A DNA stretch of 64,000 nt from Octopus bimaculoides (lineage: Eukaryota): the NCBI RefSeq assembly GCF_001194135.2, contig NC_068988.1, forward strand, positions 18,550,738 to 18,614,737. The letters are read 5' to 3'. Positions within the stretch are counted from its first letter, which is position 1. Every line of letters begins with the position of its first letter. Of this stretch, positions 1 through 13,094 are shown piece after piece. The position numbers and the translations under genes are program-made. A model generated the notes under the pieces. That model searched no databases, had not been told where the DNA came from, and saw nothing but the letters and a program-made list of their open reading frames with translations.

Positions 1-1219
1 CTCAAATCACACCCACCATCTTAAGATATGAACACATTGGATAATGGATACCAGGGTTCCCTGCATATAGATAAAAGATGGGATGGTCATGACTGGAATG
101 CTTTCGATCATAGGTCAACTCAGGACAAGCTCAAGGCTAAACAACAACAACAACCTTTAGGTATATGAAAATTGATGGGAAGGTCATATCTGGAATAATA
201 GACTGGAGCTGACTAAGGGTTAAACAACAGTATTCATTTATTGTAAAAGTATTCATTTATTTTAATTCCTTTGAATATTTTTAATTGCTAAAAAAAAGTT
301 GTTAAAATCACCCATATGCAAATTTCATAGAATTATCAATTTATTTTAAATTCTTTAGAATTATTGTAATTGCCATTTTTAATTTATTTTTATTCCTCAG
401 AATAATTTTAATTGCCAAAAGATTTTAAAAATATGTCTGCACTCGAGATCAAACATAAACTGACGTTTTTTGCAGCATCAATATTACAGTTTTTAGTAAA
501 TTATATTAGATTATTGATAAAAAAATATGTTTTTGCAAAAGGGTAGAGGGTAAAGACCCCCGTTGGATTGCACCTAGAAAGTTATCCCTCCAAGGCACAA
601 GTCTGGGCAAGGTTGTTTGTGGGAGGCCAGCAGTTGCCCATGCATACAAGCCTCCCCTCTCTACACCATCCATATTATCTGAGTGAAAGACAAGGGCCAA
701 TATAGCTTGGCACCAGAGACGTCACAAATCATTTCTACAGATGAGTGAACTAGAGCAATGTGAAAAAATGTATCTTGCTCAAGAAAACAACAGATAGCCC
801 GGTCCATGGATTGAACTTAATACCTCATGATTGTAAGCCCAACACTCTCACTACTGAGCCATGCATTTTCTTTATTATTTGGCTGTGTGGTTGGAAGTTT
901 GCTTCCTAACCACATGCTTTTGAGTTCAGTCCCACTGTATGGTATCTTGGGCTAATGTCTTCAACTATAGCTTTGGGAGGGGATTTGGTGGGCAGAAACT
1001 GAAATAATTACTGTGTAACACGACTTTTGTCCTTGGATAGCAATTGTTATTTCCTATTTGCTTACACCTAGAAAGTATGAAAAATGGTGAATATTTTCTT
1101 CAAACGTTGCTTTTCTTGTATTTATTCAAACACCAAAGAATCCCTCTCACCACATGCCTATGATGCTCTCCCAGCTGATGACCAAAAAGAAAAATTTAAA
1201 TTTTGTTACATAGTGTGAG

Positions 1220-1570
1220 CATGATCGTTACCAGTGTCGCCTTACTGGCACTTGTGCCGATGGCACATTAGATAACATTTATGCAAGGTCGTTGCCAGTG
1301 CTGCCGAACTGGCTCCTGTGCAGGTGGCACATAAAATAGACCATTTTGAGCGTGGCTGTTGCCAGTACCGCCTTACTGGCCTTCATGCCGGTGGCACGTA
1401 AAAGCACCCACTACACTCTCGGAGTGGTTGGTGTTAGGAAGGGCATCCAGCTGTAGAAACTCTGCCAGATCAGATTGGAGCCTGGTGCAGCCATCTGGTT
1501 CGCCAGCCCTCAGTCAATCGTCCAACCCATGCTAGCATGGAAAGTGGACATTAAACGATGATGATGATGA
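1220..1570 (+). mobile_element. SINE family A copy (also ~1900-2130)
   Basis: Family A body and (GAT)n tail. Confidence 0.8.
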
Positions 1571-2130
1571 GTGTAATGTATGTATAAATACTTGTCATTT
1601 TATACAAGCACATCATCATATTGCTGTTGTTGTGGAGTCTCATGTTAGCCCTACTTAATCTGTGAGCATGTAATTGAATTTTTCGAGTGAATTTGATGAG
1701 ATTTTGAAGAATTACAAGAATCATATGGGTACAGACGTGGTTTAAGAAGTTCACTTTGCAGTTAAGTGATTTCAAGTTCAGTTCCTTTGTGAGGCACCTT
1801 GGTCAAGTGTTCTCTACTATAGCTCCAAGCTTTGTGAGTGAATTTAGTAAATGGAAGCTGTGCAGAAGTCTGGCATGTGTGTGTGTGTGTGTGTGTATAC
1901 ACAGTGCCACCTGACTGGCACCTGTGCTGGTGGCACATAAAAAAATATCATTTGAGTGTGACGATTGCAAGTCCCACTTGACTAGCTGTCATGTCAGTAG
2001 CATGTAAAAGCACCCACTACACTCTCGGAGTGGTTGGCTTTAGGAAGGGCATCCAGCTGTAGAAACCTTGCTGTCAGACCATCCAACCCATGCCAGCATA
2101 GAAAGCGGACGTTAAGCAACAATGATGATG

Positions 2131-2167
<37 letters not shown>

Positions 2168-2169
<2 letters not shown>

Positions 2170-2560
2170 TAGCAGTATAACCCGACCTTGTCCGGGTGTG
2201 ACTTATTACGCCATTAAAGTAGCTCCTGGAATGTGGTGAATTGCTGCAGTCTGTTGCTGTCATTTTAAACTGGTTGCTTTCTTTCCCCGGCAAATTCTCT
2301 TCTTTGGAGGCATAAGCTATGTATATAGTAAACAGAACAACAAATATTATAATAGATGGCAGGGTCAGTACTTTTCACATATATGTAATTTTTCAGATTA
2401 ACACCCACACGATTACCCAACCCTAATCCTAACAATAACACTAACACTAACCCTAACCGTAACAATAATCCTAACCCTAACCGTAACCCTAACCCTAAAC
2501 CCTAACCCTGGCCCTAAAACCCTAATCCTAACACCCTAGTGAAAATCGTGGTATATTTAC
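2168..2560 (+). mobile_element. Helitron/Helentron-like non-autonomous element (right end uncertain)
   Basis: Begins ACTAG next to (TA)n, followed by an ACCCG-N8-CGGGT hairpin (2180-2197), as in DINE-1/HINE-like elements; contains an internal simple repeat. Confidence 0.45.
2419..2538 (-). repeat. Degenerate interstitial (TTAGGG)n-like repeat
   Basis: Run of CCCTAA with CCGTAA, CACTAA and CCTAAT variants on the plus strand. Confidence 0.8.
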
Positions 2561-3521
2561 AAAGCTTTGACGAACATGAGTTATATTTCACTGAATGATT
2601 GTGTACTTGCATGTGTATGCGTTTGAGAGAGCGAGAGAGGAAGAGGTAGAGAGGGGGAGAAAGGAATAGAGGAAGTTAAAAGTTTTCTTATGACGGCTTC
2701 TCTTCACTGCCTATTACTTCATTAGAAATCTATGGATGCACATAAGCACATAATAGAGAAAAATGAAACAAATATGGACGACTTGCTCCGNNNNNNNNNN
2801 NNNNNNNNNNNNNNNNNNNNNNNNNNNNNNNNNNNNNNNNNNNNNNNNNNNNNNNNNNNNNNNNNNNNNNNNNNNNNNNNNNNNNNNNNNNNNNNNNNNN
2901 NNNNNNNNNNNNNNNNNNNNNNNNNNNNNNNNNNNNNNNNNNNNNNNNNNNNNNNNNNNNNNNNNNNNNNNNNNNNNNNNNNNNNNNNNNNNNNNNNNNN
3001 NNNNNNNNNNNNNNNNNNNNNNNNNNNNNNNNNNNNNNNNNNNNNNNNNNNNNNNNNNNNNNNNNNNNNNNNNNNNNNNNNNNNNNNNNNNNNNNNNNNN
3101 NNNNNNNNNNNNNNNNNNNNNNNNNNNNNNNNNNNNNGTGTGTAAGAACGCTGTTCCAGGTAGAAGGGAAGAAATATAAAAGTTGCTAGAAACAACAGCC
3201 AAATCTCCCTTAAATCACACAAAGTAAACGGAATTTTAAAAATCTAATTACTGCACTGGAAAGTTCACATCGAGAAAATTCCATTGATGTATAAATTTTT
3301 ACGAAATATTGGAAAATGTGGATTTCTATAGATGCAACACACACACACACACACAAACTCAGCTATACTATAGTTATAGATATATTGAAGCAAGAGAGAA
3401 AACAATAGAAGCACAGTAAACCATCATCATCATTGTTGTATTGTCTGCTTTTCCAATCTTTTAGAGGTTAGATGGGATTTGTTGAGGTGGACTTTTAGTA
3501 GTATTATTAATCTTCAATAAA

Positions 3522-3870
3522 CTTTTTATTTTAGCTAGGTTTTTCTTTTTCGATATTTTCGTTATTATTTTAATAATTATAATACGTATTTACCTCTGGT
3601 AATGGACGCCATGTTTATCACGTGACTTTTCAGTATTAATTTCCATAGCATTATTTACGTAATATAGAATTTTCGTATGTGTATAGTTATTACTCTGCGT
3701 TAATTTGCAAGTTTAAGTATTTTAGTATTTTTAATCCTCAAGAATCTTTTTATTTTAGGTAGATTTTCTTTTTCGATATTTTCGTTATTATTTTAGAAAT
3801 TATAATACGCGTGTACTTCTGGGTAATAGACGCCATTTATCACGTGACCTTTTAGTATAAATTCTATAAC
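3522..3870. repeat. Two ~125-bp direct repeats, period ~223 bp
   Basis: ttttcttttcgatattttcgttattatttt...gacgccat..tatcacgtgac occurs twice. Confidence 0.75.
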
Positions 3871-4371
3871 CCAGCCATTTTTGATTTAGTCTACTGTTTA
3901 TCCACCGGCAGATAAGTCAGGTTTTCTTATCTTAATTTTAATTTTATAAACAATATTGACATCTGTCTTTTAGTAACTTTATACACTAACACATTTTTTA
4001 AAACTATTATCTACTTATTTCATAATGTTTTAACCTTGTTTACTATAATACTCTTTTTCAATATTTTTAGATTGTAACTTTTAATAATTATATTAATACC
4101 GTTAATGTAGGGATTGGTTTACAGATTTTGTCTCTTTATATATATATTTTTATTTCTCATGTTTATGTTTATTCCTTGAATGATTTTAGGTATTTTCTTA
4201 GGGATTTGACCTTGGGAGTAAAATCCTTTCCCCGTTCTAATCAACTTGTATAGAATTTGTTTATGATTTTATATAGTCCTATTTCAGCCATGAAACGCTC
4301 GTAGTTTATATACTAGCACTAACTTTTTACATATATACTTCTATACTGTATATTAATGTTGACTGTCTAGT

Positions 4372-4410
<39 letters not shown>

Positions 4411-4411
<1 letters not shown>

Positions 4412-4738
4412 TGAGACCCCCTTCGGTCATTACTGACCCTGGGATTGCACCTAGAAAGTTACCTTCTCAGGCATAAGTCCGGGCAAGGTTGTTTTATGGA
4501 AGACCAGCAGTCGCCCATGCATACCGGCCTCCCCTCTCCACACCACCAGTATTATCCAAGGGAAAGGCAAAGGCCGATACAGCCTGGCACCTGTGACGTC
4601 ACAACTTATTTCTACAGCTGAGTGAACTGGAGCAACGGGAAATAAAGTGTCATGCTCAAGAACACAACATGCAGCCTGGTCCGGGATTTGAACTCACAAC
4701 CTCACAATCATAGGCTCGACATTCTAACCACTGAGCCA
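4411..4738 (-). mobile_element. tRNA-derived SINE, family E (second copy ~555-862)
   Basis: Head TGGCTCAGTGGTTAGAATGTCGAGCC...GAGTTCAAATCCCGG; shared tail ...CTTTCTAGGTGCAATCC. Confidence 0.72.
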
Positions 4739-4800
4739 TATTTATACATACATGCATGTATGTATGTATGTATATTTTTGCCAAGACTACAGACACACAG

Positions 4801-4840
<40 letters not shown>

Positions 4841-4842
4841 TA

Positions 4843-5182
4843 CTCTCTCTTTTACTCGTTTCGGTCATTTGACTGCGGCCATGCTGGAGCACCACCTTTA
4901 GTCGAACAAATCGACCCCAGGACTTATTTTTGTAAGCCTAGTACTTATTCTATTGGTCTCCTTTGCCGAACCGCTAGGTGACAGGGACGTAAACACACCA
5001 GCATCGGTTGTCAGGTAATGCTAGTGGGGACAAACACAGACATACAAACACACACACACACATACATATATATATATACATATATACGACAGGCTTCTTT
5101 CAGTTTCCGTCTACCAAATCCACTCACAAGGCTTTGGTTGGCCCGAGGCTATAGTTGAAGACACTTGCCCAAGGTGCCATGC
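4843..5182 (-). mobile_element. SINE family B copy (head cut by gap)
   Basis: Family B tail, microsatellite and head portion. Confidence 0.8.
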
Positions 5183-6657
5183 NNNNNNNNNNNNNNNNNN
5201 NNNNNNNNNNNNNNNNNNNNNNNNNNNNNNNNNNNNNNNNNNNNNNNNNNNNNNNNNNNNNNNNNNNNNNNNNNNNNNNNNNNNNNNNNNNNNNNNNNNN
5301 NNNNNNNNNNNNNNNNNNNNNNNNNNNNNNNNNNNNNNNNNNNNNNNNNNNNNNNNNNNNNNNNNNNNNNNNNNNNNNNNNNNNNNNNNNNNNNNNNNNN
5401 NNNNNNNNNNNNNNNNNNNNNNNNNNNNNNNNNNNNNNNNNNNNNNNNNNNNNNNNNNNNNNNNNNNNNNNNNNNNNNNNNNNNNNNNNNNNNNNNNNNN
5501 NNNNNNNNNNNNNNNNNNNNNNNNNNNNNNNNNNNNNNNNNNNNNNNNNNNNNNNNNNNNNNNNNNNNNNNNNNNNNNNNNNNNNNNNNNNNNNNNNNNN
5601 NNNNNNNNNNNNNNNNNNNNNNNNNNNNNNNNNNNNNNNNNNNNNNNNNNNNNNNNNNNNNNNNNNNNNNNNNNNNNNNNNNNNNNNNNNNNNNNNNNNN
5701 NNNNNNNNNNNNNNNNNNNNNNNNNNNNNNNNNNNNNNNNNNNNNNNNNNNNNNNNNNNNNNNNNNNNNNNNNNNNNNNNNNNNNNNNNNNNNNNNNNNN
5801 NNNNNNNNNNNNNNNNNNNNNNNNNNNNNNNNNNNNNNNNNNNNNNNNNNNNNNNNNNNNNNNNNNNNNNNNNNNNNNNNNNNNNNNNNNNNNNNNNNNN
5901 NNNNNNNNNNNNNNNNNNNNNNNNNNNNNNNNNNNNNNNNNNNNNNNNNNNNNNNNNNNNNNNNNNNNNNNNNNNNNNNNNNNNNNNNNNNNNNNNNNNN
6001 NNNNNNNNNNNNNNNNNNNNNNNNNNNNNNNNNNNNNNNNNNNNNNNNNNNNNNNNNNNNNNNNNNNNNNNNNNNNTATATATATATATATATATATAAA
6101 ATTTACTTGGAGACAGTGCGTGGCATTCGATCATATAATAACATAAATAATATATAATTATATGTATATGTCCATACATATATGTACATACCTACATCTA
6201 TATGTATGCATACATGCATATATGGGTACAGGACATCACAAGAAACGTTAAACACAATGAGACTACCAAATTACACAGGAAACTTGTAAGTAAAGGCATT
6301 TTTTCCTTTTCCTCCCCATGTAAGAAGACATTATAATAGAACAGTGTCAACCACTTAAACAGATTTAGCAGAGAAATATAGTAGTAGTAGTAGTGGTTGT
6401 GGTGGTAGTGGTCATCGTCGTCATCGTAGTAGTAGTGGCAGCAGCAGCAGTTATCCTTTCTACTATAGGCACAAGAACCTGAAATTTTGGTGCAAGGGGT
6501 CTAGTCAATTACATTGACCCCCAATTCTTAACTGGTACTTATTTCATTGACCCAAAAGGATGAAAAGCAAAGCTGACTTCGGCAGAATTTGAACTCAGAA
6601 TACTTTTAAGTATTTTGTCCGGCATGCAAACAGTTCTGCCTGCCCAACGCCTTAATC

Positions 6658-7340
6658 CTTTAGCATTTAATCCAGCTATATCTGACCCAAAAATTCTACT
6701 TGTTTAATATTAAAACTGATTGGCTCCAACCTCTCACACCTACCCTGCAATCATCATCATCGTTTAATGTCCGCTTTCCATGCTAGCATAGGTTGGACGA
6801 TTTGACTGAGGACTGGCGAACCAGATGGCTACACCAGGCTCCAATCTGATTTGGCAGAGTTTCTACAGCTGGATGCCCTTTCTAACGCCAACCCCTATGA
6901 GAGTGTAGTGGGTGCTTTTACGTGCCACTGGCACGAAGGCCGGTCAGGCGGTACTGGCAATGGCCACGCTCAAAATGGTGTATTTTACGTGCCACCTGCA
7001 CAGGAGCCAGTCCAGTGGCACTGGCACAATTTCGCTCAAATGTCTTTACACATTCCACCGGCACAAGCGCCAGGAAAGCAACGCTGGGTACAAGTGCCAT
7101 CACGATTTCGCTTTCGCTTGCCCCAACAGGTCTTCACAAGCCAAGTTTCGTGTCCTGAATAGGAGCCAGTCCAGCGGCACTGGCAACGATCTCACTCGAA
7201 TGTCTTTACACATGCCACCGACACAAGTGCCAGGAAGGTGATTCTAATACTATACAAACACATAATTGAAATCTTAAAGCTACAAGATAACGCACGATCA
7301 ATTCAAAACAATGTGAATTAATAAGCATCGATTTTGACAG
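6658..7340. mobile_element. piggyBac-like MITE split by a family-A SINE
   Basis: ttaatcctttagcattt start and gaatgttaaaggattag end; SINE A (~6750-7240) inserted in the middle. Confidence 0.6.
6750..7240 (-). mobile_element. SINE family A copy
   Basis: Family A body with an extended internal repeat array. Confidence 0.8.
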
Positions 7341-8364
7341 AGTATTTGAATGTTAAAGGATTAGTACTGGTTTCAAAATTTGGCATAAGGCCAGCAACTT
7401 CAGGGTGGGGGTGAGTTGGTTATATCAACCCCAGTGGTCCACGGGTACTTATTTACTTATTTTATCAACCCTGAAAGAGTGAAAGAAAGTTGACCTCGGC
7501 AGAATTCAAACTCAGAGTGCAAAGTCGGTAGAGAAGCTGTTAAGCATTTTATCTTCTGTGCTAATGATTCTGCCAGCTTCCCACCTTAGCAATGACACCG
7601 ATGACACTGCCACCAATGCTGATGAACCTAATCAAGGAGATCCATGATAAAAGACTTTTCAGGTTTATCCATTCCATCTTTTTTCAAGGACTTCTTCAGT
7701 CAAGGTGTCCATTTTAAAGATGTGGCATTGATTTTAGGGAGATTCAGCTACCATTCCTAGCAAGCCAAACGATTGTGTAGAGGTTCTCTCATTGCCATGT
7801 TAAAGGAAAGAAATATTTTTTTTTATTTCTTTGCTGCTACTGCTACTACTGCTGCTATTATTCTTGTTTAACCCCAGTTAAGCTGACTTAGCAGGCCTAT
7901 AATCAAGGACATTGAAAACTTGTTGCAGTGACCATCCCATTTTTTTTTTTACCTAGAACCACTTTATCCAACATGTCCTTTTTCGTTCCTAAGACTATAA
8001 TGTGTGATTTGAGAGAGATTTAGTTACTCTTTCTAGCCACGTCAAATGGTTGCATAGAATTTCCCCATTAGAGGAATAGCAATTCAATAATGTAATATTA
8101 AAACCTTCGTTTAGAGCATCAGTAATGTTAATGAAATGGTCCTGGCTTGGGAAAAAGAAAATTATTAACTTAAATCATAATCTCTAATCCCAAAGAACTA
8201 ATCTACTGATTAGGCTAACTTTATTCTTTATATTTTCTCTTCCTATCTTCTATCTTCTTTCATATACCAGCTACAGTGCTTGTTATATACATGCATACAT
8301 TCATACATACATATATATATATATATGNNNNNNNNNNNNNNNNNNNNNNNNNNNNNNNNNNNNN

Positions 8365-8426
<62 letters not shown>

Positions 8427-9660
8427 CCATATATGTATGTACATCTTTCTTTTTTTTGCAATGAGATCAGCAAACATGTTTCTAAACAGCAGAAATATGC
8501 TTCCCAAGATGCTAACTGAATTAATAAGAGGTCAAAATTAAGCTATTTACATTCCAAACTGTCTCAAACAGAGATTTTTGATACGAGCTATGCATCATAA
8601 TTCTGTTGTAATCATCATCAATATCTTCCTTATCATTGTTTTCTCAATATCCATGCTTCCATACTGCCAAGGGTATACTATGATCTGCCTAATTCCAGCA
8701 GAATCCGCTACTTAGTTCTTCAGTAAAGCAAATCAATAATGCATATCAGAGCGTCTTGCAGTGGTTTTTCAAGAAATGTTGAAGTTTTATTGAGACTGGT
8801 GTCTTTCTAGCATCAGAAAATTTGGTTTCTTATAGGGTTTCGTGTTCTAGAGCAGAGAATTTGGTAATAAATCAATAAAATTTCTTCTCTTCGAGATGTA
8901 GGCATATAGATATTTAACAGCAAAAATTTATGAGGTTGATAATTAGTAAGTACCTCTTGCTTTCACTGGATTTACTAAAAGCAATTACATAAATTCCACT
9001 CAGAAATTTCGATGTATTTGTATCCCTAAGCTTAATCCCTTTTTCTCCCACCGAATTAATCAATGACCTAAGCATCAAATTTATTAACAGCGCCACCAAT
9101 GGCTATCTTTGGATAAAAAGAAATCATATTTTAGTTTTCTGTTGGGAAAATAGATTCAAGTCTTGTTTCACAATCCAATAACTGAAGCAATGGAAATCAT
9201 CAAATCATTGACATGCTCAAATGATTAAGAAGTTGTCTTTTCAGTCACCAAGTCCCAGGTTCATTCCCACTGCTCAGCATCTTGGGTAAGCGCCTTTGAT
9301 CATTGCCTTGGATCAATAAAGCCTTGTGAGGGAAACTGAGCAGACACATACTACAAAGGAGGGTCGTCCAATAGACAATCATACCTTTAATTCAATGATG
9401 CAATCTTGTCACATACATATTATGTTATACTGATCCTGCCTGAGGATTACGTTAAAGGTACATGTGATTATGGAATACTCAACCTCTTATATGCTAATTC
9501 AGTAACCAGGTGATACAGTTGATCAATTGCATTTGGTAGGGTCAACAGAGAAGCCATGTTATATATATTGTTGAACTACAACATTCCAGCTAAGATTATC
9601 AGTCATCATCATCGTCATTTAATGTCCGTTTTCCATGCTGGCATGGGTTGGATGGATGGA

Positions 9661-9945
9661 GAAGGCATGTGGCTTAGTGGTTAGGGCATTCGGCTCATGA
9701 TTATAAGGTCATGAGTTCAATTCCTGATGACGCATTGTGTCCTTGAGCAATTGCTCCAGTCCACTCAGCTGGCAAAAATGAGTAGTACCTGTATTTCAAA
9801 GGGCCGAAGTCTCCCTGAGAACTACGTTAGGGGTACACGTTTCTGTGGAGTGCTCAGTCACTTGCATGCTAATTTCACAAGCAAGCTGTTCCGTTGATCG
9901 GATCAGCTGGGACCCTCGAAGTCGTAACCAACGGAGTGCTCCTGG
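9661..9945 (+). mobile_element. tRNA-derived SINE, family D (related copies ~31500-31730, ~36015-36215, ~42405-42570)
   Basis: Head TGGCTTAGTGGTTAGG...GAGTTCAATTCC; tail ...GACCCTCGAAGTCGTAACC shared with the 52.3/53.2 kb pair. Confidence 0.68.
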
Positions 9946-10394
9946 GTTGGGCAGTGTGACCAGGGCTGGCAAGCTGGGGAGCTGCACCAGACCCCAGTTT
10001 ATTTAGCATGATTTCTACAGCTGGATGCCCTTCCTAACACCAACTACTTTACAGTACAGAGTGCTCTTAAGTGGTGCTGCACGGGTGTTTCTAAGTGACA
10101 CCACACACGTGCCTTTTATGTAGCATGGCATGGGCACTTTTACGCGGCACTGTATAGGTGCTTTTACATGGTACTACCACAAGTGCGTTTCACTACCAGA
10201 GGGACCAGTCTTAACACTTCTGCTGTGGAGTACAGGTCTTCTGCTTACAAGTCTTAACACTTCTACTGTGGAGTACAGCAAGGTGCCAGGTATCTCGGTC
10301 CTTTGTCATATCACCTGAAAGGTTTAATGTCCTGAGGTCATTCTTCAGTGCTTCATCCCACGTCTTCCTGGGCCTCCCACTTCCACATACTTTT

Positions 10395-10620
10395 TGAGTG
10401 TGGCCGTTGCCAGTACCGTGTGACTGGCCCTCGTGCCGGTGGCACGTAAAAGCACCCTCTACACTCTCGGGGTGGTTGGCATTAGGAAGGGCATCCAGCT
10501 GTAGAAACTCTGCCAGATCAGATTGGAGCCTGGTGCAGCCTTCTGGTTTGCCAGTCCTTAGTCAAATCGTCCAACCCATGCTAGCATGGAAAGTGGACGT
10601 TAAATGATGATGATGATGAA
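10395..10620 (+). mobile_element. SINE family A copy (5' truncated)
   Basis: Family A body and tail. Confidence 0.8.
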
Positions 10621-11092
10621 TATATATATAAGATCGCAGCCATCTATGCACGTAGGCATGTCCTTTATGGTCATGCCCCCTCTCCCTCTTGTAGCTGAAA
10701 AGTCTTTGTCTTGCAGATGCCAGTGCCAGAATGGAAAACGAACATTAAACAATGATAACGATGATGATGATGTATGTCTGTATGTATATATGTATGACTG
10801 CTTGTATGTATGTTTACATGTTTGTGTGTGTCTGTGTGATCGTATGAACAGGCATACCTCAACTTACATTGTTTCGAGTTTTAGACTTTATGTTGTTTTT
10901 GTTACAAATTAAGAAAAAAAAAAAAATTTTTTTTTAATTAAAACAAAATAAACCTTAACTTCGGTCTCAGTGAACATATTTAAAAGCATAAAAATATTTT
11001 AAAAACTCTTAAAAACCAATACTGAAGTGGAAAATCAAATAAAATATATGTGAAAATATTTACAAACCATTTATTAGAACAGAAATAAGCTA

Positions 11093-11668
11093 TAGGCGTA
11101 GGAGTGGCTGTGTGGTAAGAAGCTTGCTTACCAACCACATGGTTCCAGGTTCAGTCCCACTGCGTGGCACCTTGGGCAAGTGTCTTCTACTATAGCCTTG
11201 GGCCGACCAAAGCCTTGCGAGTGGATTTGGTAGACGGAAACTGAAAGAAGCCTGTCGTATATATGTATATATATATATATATATATNNNNNNNNNNNNNN
11301 NNNNNNNNNNNNNNNNNNNNNNNNNNNNNNNNNNNNNNNNNNNNNNNNNNNNNNNNNNNNNNNNNNNNNNNNNNNNNNNNNNNNNNNNNNNNNNNNNNNN
11401 NNNNNNNNNNNNNNNNNNNNNNNNNNNNNNNNNNNNNNNNNNNNNNNNNNNNNNNNNNNNNNNNNNNNNNNNNNNNNNNNNNNNNNNNNNNNNNNNNNNN
11501 NNNNNNNNNNNNNNNNNNNNNNNNNNNNNNNNNNNNNNNNNNNNNNNNNNNNNNNNNNNNNNNNNNNNNNNNNNNNNNNNNNNNNNNNNNNNNNNNNNNN
11601 NNNNNNNNNNNNNNNNNNNNNNNNNNNNNNNNNNNNATTAAATTTGTATACACAAATTAAACCTTGCC

Positions 11669-11725
<57 letters not shown>

Positions 11726-11845
11726 AGTGTCTGTGTTTGTCCCCTCAACATTGCTTGACAACCGATGCTGGTGTGTTTACGTCCCCGTAACTTAGCGGAT
11801 CGGCCAAAAAAAACCGATAGAATAAGTACTAGGCTTACAAATAAG
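11093..11845 (+). mobile_element. SINE family B copy with a gap at its microsatellite
   Basis: Head 11093-11270, tail ~11700-11845. Confidence 0.75.
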
Positions 11846-11879
11846 CGATAGAATAGTATATGCTCCAGCATGGCCACAG

Positions 11880-11915
<36 letters not shown>

Positions 11916-12258
11916 CACACACACACACACTCATATATATATGCGTGTGGCTCTTTCTAACAAATACGTTGAGTCCATTTCTGCCATAGATGATACCTCA
12001 ATGGCTTCAACAACGTAAATAAAAGTAAAACTGTTCGAGTTACGTCCCTTTTTTTTTTTCTTGTTCAGGCTTTATTGGTCTGATTAAAAAAAAAAAAAAA
12101 AAATGAATTATCAATTTAAATTATATGCAGGCATGCTATCTTCCCTTTCTTCTTCTGCAATTTATCGATTATCAAGCATTGATATATATATATTTATATC
12201 ACAATCATCGTCATCATCATTATTCAACGTCCGTTTTCCTTGCTGGTATGGGTTAGAC

Positions 12259-12607
12259 CAGTGGTTCTCAACGGGAGTCCAAATGACTTTTGAGGAACCA
12301 TACAAGATTGTTGTGGGTTCATGTAACAAGATAGTAAATTGGGTATACAGAATAGTATTTGAAGGGCCCCTGAAAATAAATTGCCTTAGACGTATGCATT
12401 GATATGTTTAGCAAGAAACAGTTGGTTTCTTTCTCTAATGCTTTACATAGTTCAACCTACACAAGTTAATGTGTGAATAACAAAATAGGAATTTTGAAAG
12501 AAGCGTCCATAAAACTAGCTTTAAAACATCGAATAGCAATAGAGGTTCCATCACAATAAAATAGTAATCAAAGGTGTCCATAGATAAAAAATGGTTGAGA
12601 ACCTCTG
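12259..12607. mobile_element. hAT-type MITE
   Basis: TIR CAGTGGTTCTCAAC / GTTGAGAACCTCTG; 8-bp TSD GGTTAGAC/GGTTAGAT; inserted into an older SINE tail. Confidence 0.85.
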
Positions 12608-12705
12608 GGTTAGATGGTTTTTACCAGAGCTGGAGAGCTGCACAAAGCACCAGCCTGTTTTGATTTGTTTCTCATAGACTATAGGCGTAATTCTCATAGA
12701 CTATA

Positions 12706-13094
12706 GGTGCAGGAGTGGCTGTGTGGTAAGTAGTTTGCATACCAACCACATGGTTTCGGGTTCAGTCCCACTGCGTGGCACCTTGAGCAAGTGTCTTCTA
12801 CTATAGCCTCGGGCCGACCAAAGCCTTGTGAGTGGATTTGGTAGACAAAAACTGAAAGGAGCCCGTCGTATATATCATCATCATCATCATCATCGTTTAA
12901 CGTCCGCTTTCCATGCTAGCATGGGTTGGACGATTTGACTGAGGACTGGTGAAACCGGATGGCAACACCAGGCTCCAGTCTGATTTGGCAGAGTTTCTAC
13001 AGCTGGATGCCCTTCCTAACGCCAACCACTCAGAGAGTATGTATGTGTGTCTGTGTTTGTCCCTTCCACACACCACTTGATAACCGATGCTTGT
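12706..13094 (+). mobile_element. SINE family B copy interrupted by family A
   Basis: B head 12706-12872, inverted A segment, then the B 3' part. Confidence 0.75.

Noticed and set aside
8450-9110. Unique, coding-looking sequence including a hydrophobic stretch MHHNSVVIIINIFLIIVFSISML
   Set aside because: All frames are interrupted by stops, with no splice-consistent exon or recognisable family.
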